Below, in pieces: positions 52,301 through 64,000 of a DNA stretch of 64,000 bases. This DNA is from Epiperipatus broadwayi (taxonomy: Eukaryota > Animalia > Onychophora): NCBI GenBank assembly GCA_028023455.1, contig JAQFVV010000003.1:29016001-29080000 (forward strand). Direction: 5' to 3'. The first letter of the stretch is position 1. Every line of letters begins with the position of its first letter. Under the pieces are notes generated by a model. That model made no database searches and was not told the DNA's origin. It saw nothing but the letters and a program-made list of their open reading frames with translations. The position numbers were made by a program, and so were the translations under genes.

Positions 52301-55300
52301 CACCATTTTCTTTTAAATATATTCTCATATGATAATGTAAGTTTTAAATATATTTAATTAATATGTGAGAAATTTTTTTTTTAAATGAAATGAGTATTTG
52401 TCTGATTTTAAATATATTAACTTCCATTAAAAATACATATATATATAATAATAAAAGATAGATTACATATAAGAAATGAAAAGTAAGCACAAGAGATAGG
52501 TTCCCATTATTTATTTTCTAAAAAATGTTAACTTACAATAATTAAAGAAGTAACTTTTCTATAATATTGAAAAAATATTTTTTTCTCTATTCTTTATTCA
52601 TATATTATCTACCTATCCTTTATATACATATATTAATGAAAACAAGTCATATATCACATGACCTATATAGGTTGCATTTACCAATATGTAATAAATAAAG
52701 AGTATGCTAATAGCTCTAAACAAGCTTATTTTATTTTTTGTTATTATTACTTTTTTTGTATGATAAATGCCACAAGAGAAAGCATTTAAAATCATTATCT
52801 AGGATAATAAAGATTTCAAATGCTTTCTCACGTGGCATTTATCATAAAAAAAAAAATAATTTTTAAAAAAAAAGGTCTGTTTAGAACTATTAGCACGCCC
52901 TTTATTTATTTTTATATATATATGACTATGGATTTTTATTTTATGGTATTTACTTGTAATATGCTTTAGACGTATATAGATGAAGTTAATAAAATTTTCA
53001 CAAATAATGTTTAGTGCTTTTGGAGTATGTTTACTCCATATTCATAGCCATTATTATGTGTTAAGCGTAATAGCTTAATTTAAGCAATAAGTCAATTCAA
53101 ATTAACACATTATTTGTATTAAAAAAAATCTTGACTTACAATAATTAAAAAGACGCTGACTTTGGTACAGTGCTTTATAAATTATATTAAACAATATTAA
53201 AATTATCCAATACAATATTTTTTTTACTTTTAAAAATAATAGCAGATTGCATAATAAATTAAATTAACAATCTTTTAATAAGTGCTTTAAACAATATTAA
53301 ATATTATCCAATACAATATTTTAAAGAATTCTTAAAGTATACTTTTTATTACCTTTTATAACAATTTTTGTGGAGAATAGCCTAAAGTATGTTATTACAT
53401 AATTTATACATGCATTGATTCACAGTTGGCACTTTAGGCAGTTTCAATAGAATATTAGTCTTTTTTTTTTCCTTAGACATTCACATTACAATTACTGCCA
53501 TTGTCAATAATAATGTTTGTTAATGAAGTTTATTAATCAAACCATACACAAACATGAAAATGAATAAATAGTTAGAGAAATTTATGTCAGTTCATAAAGA
53601 AAACCAACTATCTCTTAAATTTACAATATTTTAGCCAAGAATAGGGATATCATCAAGTGACTGAAGATTAAATTAGTTTTATGCCCTCACCATATGTCAA
53701 CATGGTCATATTTATTAGTTAAATTAGAAATAAATAAAATGTTGGAAACTGTATTTCTTAAAATTTAATAACCATATATAATTGAATATTATGTGAAATT
53801 ATTTAAATTAGAAATGTATGATTCTTATCAATAGAATAAATATTAATAATAATAAAACTCTTGGGAAAAAAAAACATTTAAATGCATTATAATTTCTAAA
53901 TAGCATGCCAAGAGTAACTTTCATGAAACTATTTATTTTTTACAAATGATTATTATTTGTAATTAATTAACTTTGTTACATATTTTTCTGTTTTGACATG
54001 CCTTGGATATATTATATATGTCATAGTGTATGCTTAACAATTAATAATACTAATTAGTTTATCTTGTGAGAAATATATTTAAAGTAAAATCCTAAAAGTT
54101 GATTATTCAGTAGTATAACTGATGATAAAAAAGTTAAATTTTTTGTGATATTGTTGTTGATAATATTGCCATTGACAACTCATATATTATTATTTCACTT
54201 AAATAATATGTAAATATAGAAGCCATGGAAACAACTACATATTGTGTTATTCTATTTTATTCTACTAAAGCGAGTGAAACCAAGGTATACATGTTTTTAA
54301 TATTTTTTCCATGTATGAAGTAATATGGTATTATTTTTTTATTTATTCTAACTCTTAAGTTCTTTCCAAAATGTCATTTAATTTTATTATTATTGAATAT
54401 AACTCTGAGATGCTTTTCTTTGTTATCTGCCTCTTCAATGTCTATCTTTCAATATCAGATTTAGTTAAATCATACACATTCATGAACATTTTACTATTAT
54501 TTTTCAGTTTACCTAGGCTAACCATAGTTTTCTTGAGTTTTGTTGGAACTTTCTGGTTATGCAATATGGATGGATAACTGGATTTGTTTCAGGATAGATT
54601 TCTAAAAAATTCTGATTTTGCTTGAGATTTCCTTGGTTATTTGAATAAAAAACAACTATCAAATACAGTCTGTATTTTATCCAAAGTCATTCATAGGAAG
54701 ACTGTTGCACTCATCTCATGGCTCTATTTAAAAATAATTGTGTGACCATTTTTGAATACGTAAAAATTTATTGAATATATTTCACCTTTTCTAAATTCTT
54801 GTTTGTATGTCTGCAAACTACAAACTAATTTTAGAATTGTTAGTAATGGACCATAAATTACTATTAGGTATACTTTGTAATTTAAGATCCATTCCTAAAC
54901 TTTGAGTCCATGTGTCTTACATTTAAAGTTTCTATGTGCCTAACAATGATTTAAAGTATACAAAGAGAAAGCTAATTCAACATGCAGATATGTTATCAAA
55001 GTGCCTCTAGAAGATCAGAAACTGAAAAAAATCTAGATATGAAGATACTCTTCATTCAAATTTTATAAATAGTAAGACAGTATCGAATTGGACTAAAAAC
55101 AAGGACAGGTATCAAGACCTAATTAGGTAGGGGTTGGTCTGCAAAACATCTAGCAATATCTTTTTGGAATGCGAGAAATAATCTTACAGTGGGCAAGATT
55201 TTTATGTTAAATGTTGACTAAGTTGACATACCAAAGGCTGGTAGGGAGGTAAATCACTAGCGAGAAGTTATGTCTGAATGGCCAAATATTAATAATCAAA

Positions 55301-58300
55301 TTGAGAACTTTATTTAAAAATGTGTGTGAACTGTGCTAGTTTATAACTAAACTACCTGAGAAGATTTTTTTACAGTGGCTTCTGGCAACTCAATCATGGC
55401 AGCAAATTTATATTGACCACATTTACTCGTTTAAAGATCATATTTTTTTATTTGTCATAGATGTATATTCTTGATGGGTAGAATGTAGAGTTGAAAAAAA
55501 TACAAGCATAGAAGAAACAGTAAAAAAATTACAAGAAATTTTGTCATATCTAGGTTTACCAGAGACCATTGTATCTGACAATGGTTCTGATTTTATTTCC
55601 AGCAAATTTAGTAAATGTTTAGCTGAATGGGGGGTTAAACATATTCTTCCATGATCTTACCATTCAAAGATGAATATTTAGTAGAAAATGTAGTTGATCT
55701 TTGAAAAAAAAACTAAATTTAAAACAACTAACTTTCAAGAAACTGTGAACAACATTTAATCTCAACTGTGGTAACAAGTAAATCCCTTCCTGACTTATCA
55801 CTCAGAAAAAAAATCTTACAACCAAACTAAGTATGTTTCTGTCTAATAAAGAAAAATTTGAGAAAACTATTGCAAAACAAAAGACATTTGTAATAGGCAA
55901 TAAATTCTATTTAAGGATATTTTGTGGAAAAAATAGTTCAAAGCAATAATGTTAAATCATTCATCCACACAAATTATTGAAGTATTAATAATGATTGATA
56001 GAATGAAAATGAAAAAAACTTGTGCATCACTGTCGCTTGAAACCAGATGAAGACTTGATAAAAATTAGTGTATCAGAAGACTCTAGAAAAGAAATTTAGG
56101 CATTATGAAAAAAAAAGAAATAATGGAGTGCCAAACACTTAAACAAAATCCAAGAGAAACAAGCAAAGCAGTGGAAGAAGAGGAAACTGTGGGTCCAGCA
56201 GATATCGTTTTCAAAAGTCGGGCTCGATATAGCAAAATAAAACATTGGACTCCAGAATATTTAAACTATATAAGCATAGTTTCTCTGAAGTACAAAAGGA
56301 GAAATTACTACGTACATATGCATATATATTTATATTATACAAGAAAAAACTATGTATATGTATTTTTTCATATTGTCATATTTTTTTGTAATATATATAT
56401 ATATATATAACTGGTAATAATTTTATAAAACTGCAGATGTAGGATTTATTCAGAAATTAAGTATTATATAAATTAAATTATATGGAAAATTCCAGTCAAA
56501 TAATTGTTTTCTGTTTTGCATTTCTGTCTGTCAAAATGTTAATATAAGTAGTGGGGTTAATAAATGTAAAACATTTATTACATTTATTCACTTCTTGTTT
56601 GCAGAATAAGGGATTCATCTATTGGCAGTCAAAAATGTGTTCCTGGGGAGAATTTCACCTCCTGATGTATAAAAACGAATTTAAAGGTTTTGTAAATGTC
56701 ACCCTAGTCTAAATTATTGATTTGAAAAATGGTTGGGTAAAATCATTAGAGTTGTAAATAATTTCATGTAAAATGTATTCTTTGAGCCTATGGGTTTATA
56801 CCCAATACTAAGAACAAGGTATATAAAATTATTACATCTGCTATATTGTTAATAATTAATTATTATGGCTAAATAGTTTTATTCATGATAAGACCTTTGT
56901 TACACTTTGTAATCTATACTAAGTAATTTGTGGTTGATATTTTTATTTTTTTTATCTATCTTTTGATGGACTTTATCTATTTTGTATACTATAACTCTAG
57001 TAGCAGCTGTGTAAATGCTATGTAAGATGATTTCAAGAATAATGGGTGTGTGTACTTATGCACACATATATATATATGCACGATAGAGATGAAGAAAATA
57101 CTGTACACAGTTGATAATGAAACAGTATTTTGAGATTTTTTGTTTAATTTATTCCGAATTGGTCTGAAAATAAAATCTTAGTGATTTTGATAGAAAAGGG
57201 TAGGGTGATTTCAAATAAAGGAAAAAGAATTATGAATTAACATTATGAATAAAATAAGAAATGTTGAAAAAGAATTTTCTTTTTGTAATAGTAAACAACA
57301 AAAAAAAAAGCAACCACTATTTCTTTGTTTTGGTAAAGAATACTAGAGAATATTTTTTCTCTGGGGTCCGATATCATTCGTCATTATGGTAGGTGCTATA
57401 TAAAACAAAGAAGATAGCATACAATGGATATTGGGGCAGACAGAAAAAACAGGTAGTTAACAGTCAGTTTTGTTCCAGTGAGAATTAATGGAATTCTATA
57501 CCATCACAAAATATATGGTAAAGCAGTGGAAGTGTGGCCATGCTGCTAATTGGAATTACAAGCTTATAAGAGAAGTTATAAACATGTTTTATTATATTAG
57601 GAAATCTTTTAACATGAGAAGCTACATAAAAACAAGTTGCCCATCAGTTGAAAACCCTAAGCACACTGCCCAGTTCCATAAATGAAGCTTCTGAGAATAA
57701 TAACAACTCTTCTAAGCTGCCAGAAAAAGACCAGACAACACAGTTAAATTGCTGAAAACTTACATTAATTAATACATAATACACTAATACAAAGATAATA
57801 TACTTGTGTAAGGTGTGGAGAGAAAAAAGGTACATTTCTGAAAAATCTATGAAAGGACCAAGGTAATTAAAGAGAATAAAACACATCTGAAAACTAGGAA
57901 GGAGTATGTTAAAGATTGGTGAATGATAAGATATTAAACTTATGAAGATTAAATAAATTCAATATTGTATAAGAATATCCTCTATTTTTATATTTGAATT
58001 ATGATTATAAACTTATATTGAAAGTAATTTAAAGGATGTGTTTCATTTCATATATATACACATGTGTGGAGTTACTAAAAGTAAGGATTGAAATAGACAA
58101 ACTGTTGGTTGAAAAAAAATTATATTAATGATTTTTTTTATCTACATGAAATCACTCAACAGGAAAACTAAACATAATTGATTGAATATTCTATGATTAA
58201 TTTTGAAATTATTGAACAGAGAGAATGAAATATATGAACTCTTTATTATTATAATCATCTTAATAATTGGATGTAAGATGGAAATTTACATAATATAACT

Positions 58301-61300
58301 ACAATCAATCTACTTATACTTTATTGCATTAATAAATTGTTATTTTGTTATTTATTAATCTATTTGTTCATTTTGTTTTATGCATGATTAAGTGTTATAA
58401 CCTTAACACACACATATGCTAGTTAGTAAAAATATTCATAGCTCTGAGAACATGTGAACCACTGAGTGATGTGTCGAGGTATTATGGTAAAAATTGGTAA
58501 ATGATGATGGTTATTATCCTAAATAATTCCAAATAAATATTCTCTTTTTGATAATGTTTGGTGCCTGGCATTTCTGAAAATAAAAACCTAAAACAAACAA
58601 AATACCTGAGAGTGATTGTGATAATAAGACAATCATCATCATTCTTGTTGTTGAATTAATTTTGGTTGAATTTATAAGCTTTACAAATCTATGTAGTAAA
58701 ATATTTCTATATTTATCATTATCAGTATATGCTTGGGAAACCTGGGCTATTTTATATTTATTATACATATTATTGGTTAGGGTTCAAACCCTAACCACTG
58801 AAATATTACCACTACATAAGGTTAGTTAAGCACATAAGGAAGCTTTATATGCATATTTATTGGTACAATATATATATGTAATAAATATTATTTCCAAGTT
58901 GTTTCAAGAAAAGTTTAATCAAGTTCTTTGTCTTTCTTTTATATGATAAATAATGAAGTATTTATTGCTTGCCTTTTTTTGCAACTGATGTATTGGCCAT
59001 ATATAATATATAAATAAACAATTGAATGGTAAAAAAAAAAAAAAATTTTTTTACCGTTAAATTGTTTATTTGTATATTACATATAATATTTTTAATAACG
59101 GGTATTATACTTTTACATTTAATATATATATTATACCAACCGACTGAAAGATCCAACCTGCTAATTTGCAAAAATCAACCTACCTACTCCTAACAACAAC
59201 TAAATGAAACTACTTGACAATCCCATAAACTATACTACTACTTTTACTTGGAATTTTCACTTTTACAACTACGGGAAACCACAAACTCTCAACATCGACA
59301 AATAAAATACTAACTAATATTTTTTATATTTTGTCCTCCTAAATTTCTCTTTCAGACAATGGTTGGTTTTCAGGCAAAGTGTCAACTATTATCAATAGCG
59401 AACTATTAATAACATTCAACACTTGACTACCAAATATATACCGATCAAATAAACAATTATTATTTTTTAAAGAAGAAAGAAAATCCCTTAGGTGCCAGCT
59501 AATTACATTAGAATTAGCATGCCCATCTGATCAGCATAATCCGGTGCCTGAAACGTCCGCTAGCTCAGTCGTTCCAACCACCCGCTAATAAACAAACAAA
59601 AGGTATCTTAAGCGCCTGCCTGTTCTAACCTGCTACTATTTTCTAAAACTAAAATAATTTTCCCCGAACCATTAAAATAAATACTTCGCTCCTTTAAAAC
59701 TAATAATAACAACATTATACTAAATGCTAAACATTTATATATTTAACTTGGCGAATCTTTTCAAAATACTATTATTAATGATTGAATTTTTTCCCTCCTA
59801 TTCTTATTAAGAAAATAAATATTTATAATTACCCGCACACATCAGAATAAACATAAATATTTTAAGAAAAAATAATTTAAATGTTTTACTTTATTTTAAA
59901 ATAAATGCATCGTTTTATCTTATAATGAAACACACATACACTTCTTTTTTTAAAGATTAAAATAAGCATTTTAATATATTACTTAAGCAAATAAGTTATA
60001 CACGTTACAAAATATTTTATTATTATTATTTTTTAAGTTTAAAAATTAAAAATCAAATCACACATACGTGCATGCCAAAAATATTATTTAATAGAAGCTG
60101 CTTTTACTTATTTTATTATTTCAAATATTATCTTTTGAAGTTTATTCTTTTTTTTAAGTTTAATTCAAAAAGTTCAAAGTTTTCTTAATAAAGTCTATCT
60201 TTATTTTTAAAGGAAATCGGAATGTTTATATATCAAAGTCAAATAATTATCTAGGTTTTTAAATACGACAGAAACAGTATAATGGAATTATCTCTGAACT
60301 CATCGACGACTGGTAAAATTCTTTTGTAGATCCTGTGTTCTAATATTTCCGTGGCTGGTTTGGCGTTCCCCACACTCCGCTGTCCGTGTAGTCTATTTTA
60401 ACATGATTATCTTCCGAACTAATCGCAGATCTTAGATGCGTAGAGAGCGGCTTTTCGGTCAACTGCAAATACGTTGGTTTTTTAACAATGCATCATTTTG
60501 GAAATATTACTTCAAAAATATTTTATTAAAATGAGAAAGTCCGAACCAAGAATGAACAAAATTGAGCTATTTATACTTTTTTAAACAATGGAAAACTTTA
60601 TTTTTAGCAGCAGCGTTCTTCGTCTAGTGCAGTGTTTCCCAACCTGTGGTAAGCATACCACTGGTGGTACGCGAGTTGCTGGTTGGTAGTACACGAAAAA
60701 TAATCAAGAATGGTGGACATAAAAAAAAATTAAATCATAAAAATATAGAAACGTTTTTTCCTATAATTCATAAAAATTATTTTAATTAATAATATTATAC
60801 AGTAAAGTTGTTAATATGTACAGTCGATAACGATCTTTAATGTTAATGATAAAATTGAAAGTATGGTTAGGAAATTAGATTTTTGGAAACAGTAATATAT
60901 ATAAGTATCGAAAACAATCAACTGGAAGTAATCAAAACTCTACATATTGTTTTGTTTGAAAATAACATAAGTCTATCTCAAGATATACGAGAAAATATAA
61001 TAGCACATATTTTCCAAAACCCAAAAACACAAATGATAATTGGATTTCAAACCCCTTCTATGAAGAAAATTTAGAAAAAGCTACATCATTATCAATAAAG
61101 GGTAAATAAAATTTAATAGAATTATCATGTGACAGAACTTTACAAGTAGAATTCAAACAACAAAAAACAAAACATTAAAGAATATAAACAACTTTCTGAG
61201 AAAGCTCTTAAATTATTATTACCGTTTACTAGTATGGAATTAGTATGAAGAGCTTTTTCTTCATATATTTTTTAAAAAATAAGTATCGAAACAGATTGAA

Positions 61301-63350
61301 TGCAGCTGTAGACTTAAGGGTATACCTCGCATCTTTTGAACCAAATTTCAAAAAATTATGTTGTTCGAAACAAGCACAAAGATCTCATTAAATTTATTTT
61401 ATAAAAATATTTGATTATGATAAGAAAATATACTAATTGGTTTTTTATAATTTTGTGTTTTTATTAAAACCATTTATTAGTAAACGAAATATGACAAAAT
61501 AGTAGATAAATAATGATTCGAATCAAGGCAAATCAATCTAAATTATTTAATTTGAAAGAATGTATCAGAAAAGGATCATACCCAGAAATTAGACTCTCAT
61601 TAATTCTTGATCATCTATTGTGGATTACTAGATGTAAGCTAATATTTAATCATCAAAATTTTAATCCTATTAACTTCATGCTGAACAATATAAAGAAAAC
61701 AAGAACAAGAGATAGCCTGATAATCCTGAGATTATTTTTACCATGACTTGGGACAGGCTGGATGTATCCTCTCTATGGCCCAACAAATAGCAAGATGCTC
61801 TGAAAAAGAGAAAACAGACTCAAATTCGGGAAAACCAAATGAAGGAATGAGAAAACACTTTGAACAAAATATGTACCAAATAATCTTTAATGTAATCTTT
61901 AATAAATTATTTTGGAAAAAATATGAAACTTTGAACAAACACATACATATAAATATGTTACAGTGAGTTTATAATTTCAGTGAGTTTATAATCTGGTGTG
62001 ACGTTTAGGCATGTTTCAATGTAATTTGTCTCATTATGAGATGTGAATACATACATGGTCACCCTATAATATTTATAATGTAAATAAAATAACACACTCG
62101 CAGTAACAAATTTCATGAAATACAATCATTTTTACGAAGTGGTACAATTTAGCGTGATGTACTACCATGTGGTACGCGAGCCAAAAAAGGTTGGGAAACA
62201 CTGGTCTAGTGAAATAAAATCAGCTTCTAGCGTCTACTTTTTATTAAAAATTGCATACACACATGCACATATATTTATTTTATTATAAAATAAAACGAAA
62301 TCTCTTTATTATTTTATTAAAAATTCATTTAAAAAATATTAAATCATTTATTTATTACAAGATTCTTTCCTTCTTTTAAACAAAAAAAAATCTTTTATTT
62401 TAAACAGCTTATTATTTTAAACAACTTATTATTTTAAACAGCATTTACAGTTTATTTTATTCAATACAAAAATTCTCCCTCCCCCCTACTCTTTAGTTTT
62501 TACATTTTATTCTCTTAATATTAAACTTTGATATTTTTAAACATGCAATTCATAATGAATTAATTACATATCAATGTATTTTGGTACAATATATATAAGA
62601 GAATGACTTGTGTTATTGCAGAAGAGATGCTGCAATAAGAAAGGTCATATATAATAATGAGAAAATATAAATAAATGCAGTTTATTTATAATAAGAATTA
62701 TAATAATTTATGTTTAGGATTATATAATAAAAATAAGTGATTTCTTGTTGGGAGTCATAAGAAGGTTGAACACCAGAAGTGTCTGCTGAAATTGCAATCC
62801 ATGGATCTTGATCTCCAGAATCTATCACTAACACTGCATCAAATCATCCAAGGCATATATAGAAAGCAGTCATAAATTATTATTAATAATGATTGTTGTA
62901 CAAAATTTAGATTCTAGAGTTTAAGATCCATTAATTGTGGTTCAATTCCTGTACACTTCTGGAACTTAACAAACTTTCAAGTAATAAATCATTCGACTAT
63001 TATTATTCTTAAGAATAATAAAATACCTATTGAGTTGTTTGATCATAGTGCACACTATAAGAGATTCCCTTGAAGTAATTAACTTGTTTTTCAGCAACAT
63101 ATAAATAATTTTTGAACAAAATTTTTTCATAAATTTAGGAGTAAAACCAAACAATTTTATATATTTTATTTTAAATAAATGTCTGTTTCAGATTGAAATT
63201 GATGATGGAAATGAATTAAGTGATGGCTTTCTAATGGATGAAATACATCCAAAACAAAATTTACACAGACCGAAATTTGCAAAGCCAAAAGGTCCATCAA
63301 ATCGAGGACCTCGACGAATTACTAAAGTTCAAGGAGAAAATGATCAATGA
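19226..63350 (+). CDS. twf: Twinfilin (two ADF-H domains plus capping-protein-binding tail), 5'-partial; join(19226-19303,19387-19437,23668-23795,26257-26352,33038-33142,33214-33339,39040-39190,49082-49203,63192-63350)
   Basis: The spliced frame is open and reads ...[106 protein letters not shown]...[10 protein letters not shown]...[52 protein letters not shown]. All introns are GT-AG except one AT-AC. Confidence 0.97.
19387..19437 (+). CDS. twf: Twinfilin coding exon 3 (51 nt), ending at a U12 AT donor
   Basis: ttccag|AA CAA CTT...TGG GAA AAA G|atatccttt. Confidence 0.92.
19438..23667 (+). other. U12-type (minor spliceosome) AT-AC intron, 4230 nt, phase 1
   Basis: 5' splice site ATATCCTTT; branch-point-like TTTCTTTAAT at 23648-23657; terminal AC at 23666-23667. 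The join restores the conserved W-E-K-D-Y-D. Confidence 0.93.
20981..22450 (-). repeat. Two diverged copies (~20981-21300 and ~22131-22450) of a decayed, probably LINE-derived fragment inside the U12 intron
   Basis: Shared 'tcacatactaaaatcaacc...cttaagaccacataaaatatttaaat...atataatgacatca'. The minus-strand translation has stop-ridden similarity to LINE 3' regions. Family not assignable. Confidence 0.4.
23668..23795 (+). CDS. twf: Twinfilin coding exon 4 (128 nt)
   Basis: gcttac|AT TAT GAT ACT...CAA TCT CCT|gtaagc. Confidence 0.93.
26257..26352 (+). CDS. twf: Twinfilin coding exon 5 (96 nt)
   Basis: ttttag|[32 protein letters not shown]|gtaagt. Confidence 0.96.
28700..29125 (-). mobile_element. 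Possible decayed tRNA-derived SINE
   Basis: Minus strand has an A-box-like TAACAGATGG and a B-box-like GGATTCGATCC about 15 nt apart; region is GC-richer than its surroundings. Confidence 0.25.
33038..33142 (+). CDS. twf: Twinfilin coding exon 6 (105 nt)
   Basis: tttcag|[35 protein letters not shown]|gtaagt. Confidence 0.95.
33214..33339 (+). CDS. twf: Twinfilin coding exon 7 (126 nt)
   Basis: ttttag|[21 protein letters not shown]...NYIQM|gtaagt. Confidence 0.95.
35980..36021 (-). ncRNA. Minimal type I hammerhead motif (family 2, antisense copy)
   Basis: Exact reverse complement of 36562-36603. Confidence 0.75.
36562..36603 (+). ncRNA. Minimal type I hammerhead ribozyme motif (family 2, sense to twinfilin)
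   Basis: UCCUCA-CUGACGA-A-GGC(CACAA)GCC-A-GAAA-CUA-GUC^UGGGGA. 6-bp stem I, palindromic stem III ACUAGU, GUC triplet with predicted cleavage after 36597. One extra A on each side of stem II. Confidence 0.75.
39040..39190 (+). CDS. twf: Twinfilin coding exon 8 (151 nt)
   Basis: ttttag|[11 protein letters not shown]...[21 protein letters not shown]|gtaagt. Confidence 0.95.
41951..43157. mobile_element. MITE / non-autonomous DNA transposon with 57-bp TIRs and a probable 8-bp TSD
   Basis: TIRs 41951-42007 and 43101-43157 (GGTTGTCGTC...GCTAAAAC, 5 mismatches). GAATATTC flanks both ends; it is palindromic, so it could be TSD or TIR extension. Confidence 0.85.
43620..46150 (+). mobile_element. Decayed, internally deleted APE-RT LINE with a C-terminal CCHC-like motif
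   Basis: GDMNGH (APE); [21 protein letters not shown] and LLFADD (RT); 'CKLY...HLLIKC' near 45880-45940; many stops. Confidence 0.85.
46327..46624. repeat. Imperfect ~300-bp palindrome containing a decayed hammerhead-like motif in each arm
   Basis: Arms mirror around ~46480. Arm consensus TTCT-CTGATTA-..ACCA(ACC)TGGT-C-GAAA-GCAATGC. Confidence 0.7.
49082..49203 (+). CDS. twf: Twinfilin coding exon 9 (122 nt)
   Basis: ttttag|..[22 protein letters not shown]...DITKK|gtaata. Confidence 0.95.
49906..50332. repeat. Fold-back element with ~195-bp arms
   Basis: aattgaaaggctgcaaacc...gcatttag and ctaaatgc...ggtttgcagcctttcaatt are reverse complements with few mismatches. Confidence 0.88.
50426..51345. 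mobile_element. Second, older locus of hammerhead family 2 (tandem plus inverted layout, different breakpoints)
   Basis: Homologous to 35814-36713 throughout; hammerhead remnants at 50535-50575 (-) and 51137-51178 (+). Confidence 0.85.
51137..51178 (+). ncRNA. Hammerhead motif variant (family 2), likely weakened
   Basis: UCCUCA-CUGAUGA-A-AGC(CACAA)GCU-A-GAAA-CUA-AUC-UGGGGA. Compensatory G-C to A-U pair in stem II; the stem III palindrome is broken. Confidence 0.6.
52706..52894. repeat. Imperfect fold-back palindrome
   Basis: gctaatagctctaaaca...atgataaatgccac and gtggcatttatcat...tgtttagaactattagc mirror around ~52800. Confidence 0.75.
54900..56300 (+). mobile_element. Decayed Gypsy (Mag-like) RNase H end / integrase remnant
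   Basis: '[11 protein letters not shown]' and 'DVYS*WVECRV...[20 protein letters not shown]...GVKHI' parallel the intact element's pol; multiple stops. Confidence 0.75.
60630..62203 (+). mobile_element. Internally deleted hAT (Charlie/Buster-type) DNA transposon
   Basis: 16-bp TIR CAGTGTTTCCCAACCT; 8-bp TSD GTCTAGTG (60622-60629, 62204-62211). Transposase C-terminal remnant '...[38 protein letters not shown]' ends at ~61391. Confidence 0.93.
61513..61960 (+). mobile_element. Possible 3' fragment of an L1/Tx1-like LINE nested in the hAT element
   Basis: ORF '[19 protein letters not shown]' resembles the LW..RN..IF motif at the end of L1/Tx1 ORF2; it is not hAT-like. Confidence 0.35.
63192..63350 (+). 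CDS. twf: Twinfilin last coding exon with TGA stop
   Basis: tttcag|IEIDDGNEL...FAKPKGP...ENDQ TGA (63348-63350). Confidence 0.96.
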   Translation: MEIDDGNELSDGFLMDEIHPKQNLHRPKFAKPKGPSNRGPRRITKVQGENDQ

Positions 63351-64000
63351 TGAAATGTAGAAAATGCCAAATATAAATGAACATTTTTTTTTAAAAAGAA
63401 GAACTGTATAGAAGCATCTGAGATGTGATTAAAAATAGTGGTATTATGGGTGAATATTGCTGGATCAATGTAATTTTTCTGGAAAATAATTTTATTAATT
63501 CTGAAATGCATTTCTTTTTATATATATTTAACTTGAAAAGTGTGATCTGAACAATTTAATTTTAAATGTATTTACACTGCTCAAAAGTCATATTAAAAAC
63601 AAAATAGAGTTTTTATCCTTATATCCAAATTTATATATTCTTATATAATGAAAATATTTAATATCATATAAAATTTATCATTTTTTATACTATTTTAATA
63701 AGAATCAACGAATATACAATTAATATTTTAAACTGTTAATGTTGCAAATGACAATTTACTAATTAGTATGTATGAAGGACTCTGATGATCTCAAAGATCA
63801 GTAGAAATATCAGTTTTGTAGATCAAAATGAATCTGTGGGACAAAATGGCTATGCTCCATGTTATTGCTTCTTCATAAACAATTATTAATTTATATACTT
63901 TAACATTCCAATCATCTGTGCAGCCACAAATAAAAAAAAAAGTAAATCAAATTATTTAAAAAATTAAAACAAGGATAACAAAACTTAAAATGTCTTGTAT

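Noticed and set aside
59100-60620. CpG-containing stretch before the hAT element as a Helitron end or hidden gene
   Set aside because: No helicase motifs or clear terminal hairpin. The CTAG is explained by the hAT target site, and there is no coherent ORF.

Overview
AT-rich animal genomic DNA, probably arthropod (the species cannot be determined from the sequence). One host gene is present: twinfilin on the + strand, with nine coding exons from 19226 to 63350; the short first coding exon was not found in the window. The intron at 19438-23667 is a U12-type (minor spliceosome) AT-AC intron. The rest is mostly transposable element sequence: a full-length RTE LINE with an inverted 5' end and 15-bp TSD (3773-7764), a very young Mag-like Ty3/Gypsy LTR element with identical LTRs (8534-13179), a non-autonomous hAT element, a MITE, decayed LINE and Gypsy fragments, and several fold-back palindromes. 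The most notable signal is at least two unrelated families of small non-coding repeats that each carry a minimal type I hammerhead ribozyme of the kind linked to Penelope-like elements. One is a 6 x ~187-bp tandem array (16325-17556); the other is a ~456-bp unit found at two loci (35814-36713 and 50426-51345). Both have a tandem-plus-inverted-end layout resembling retrozymes. All folds and alignments were done by eye and ribozyme activity is untested.
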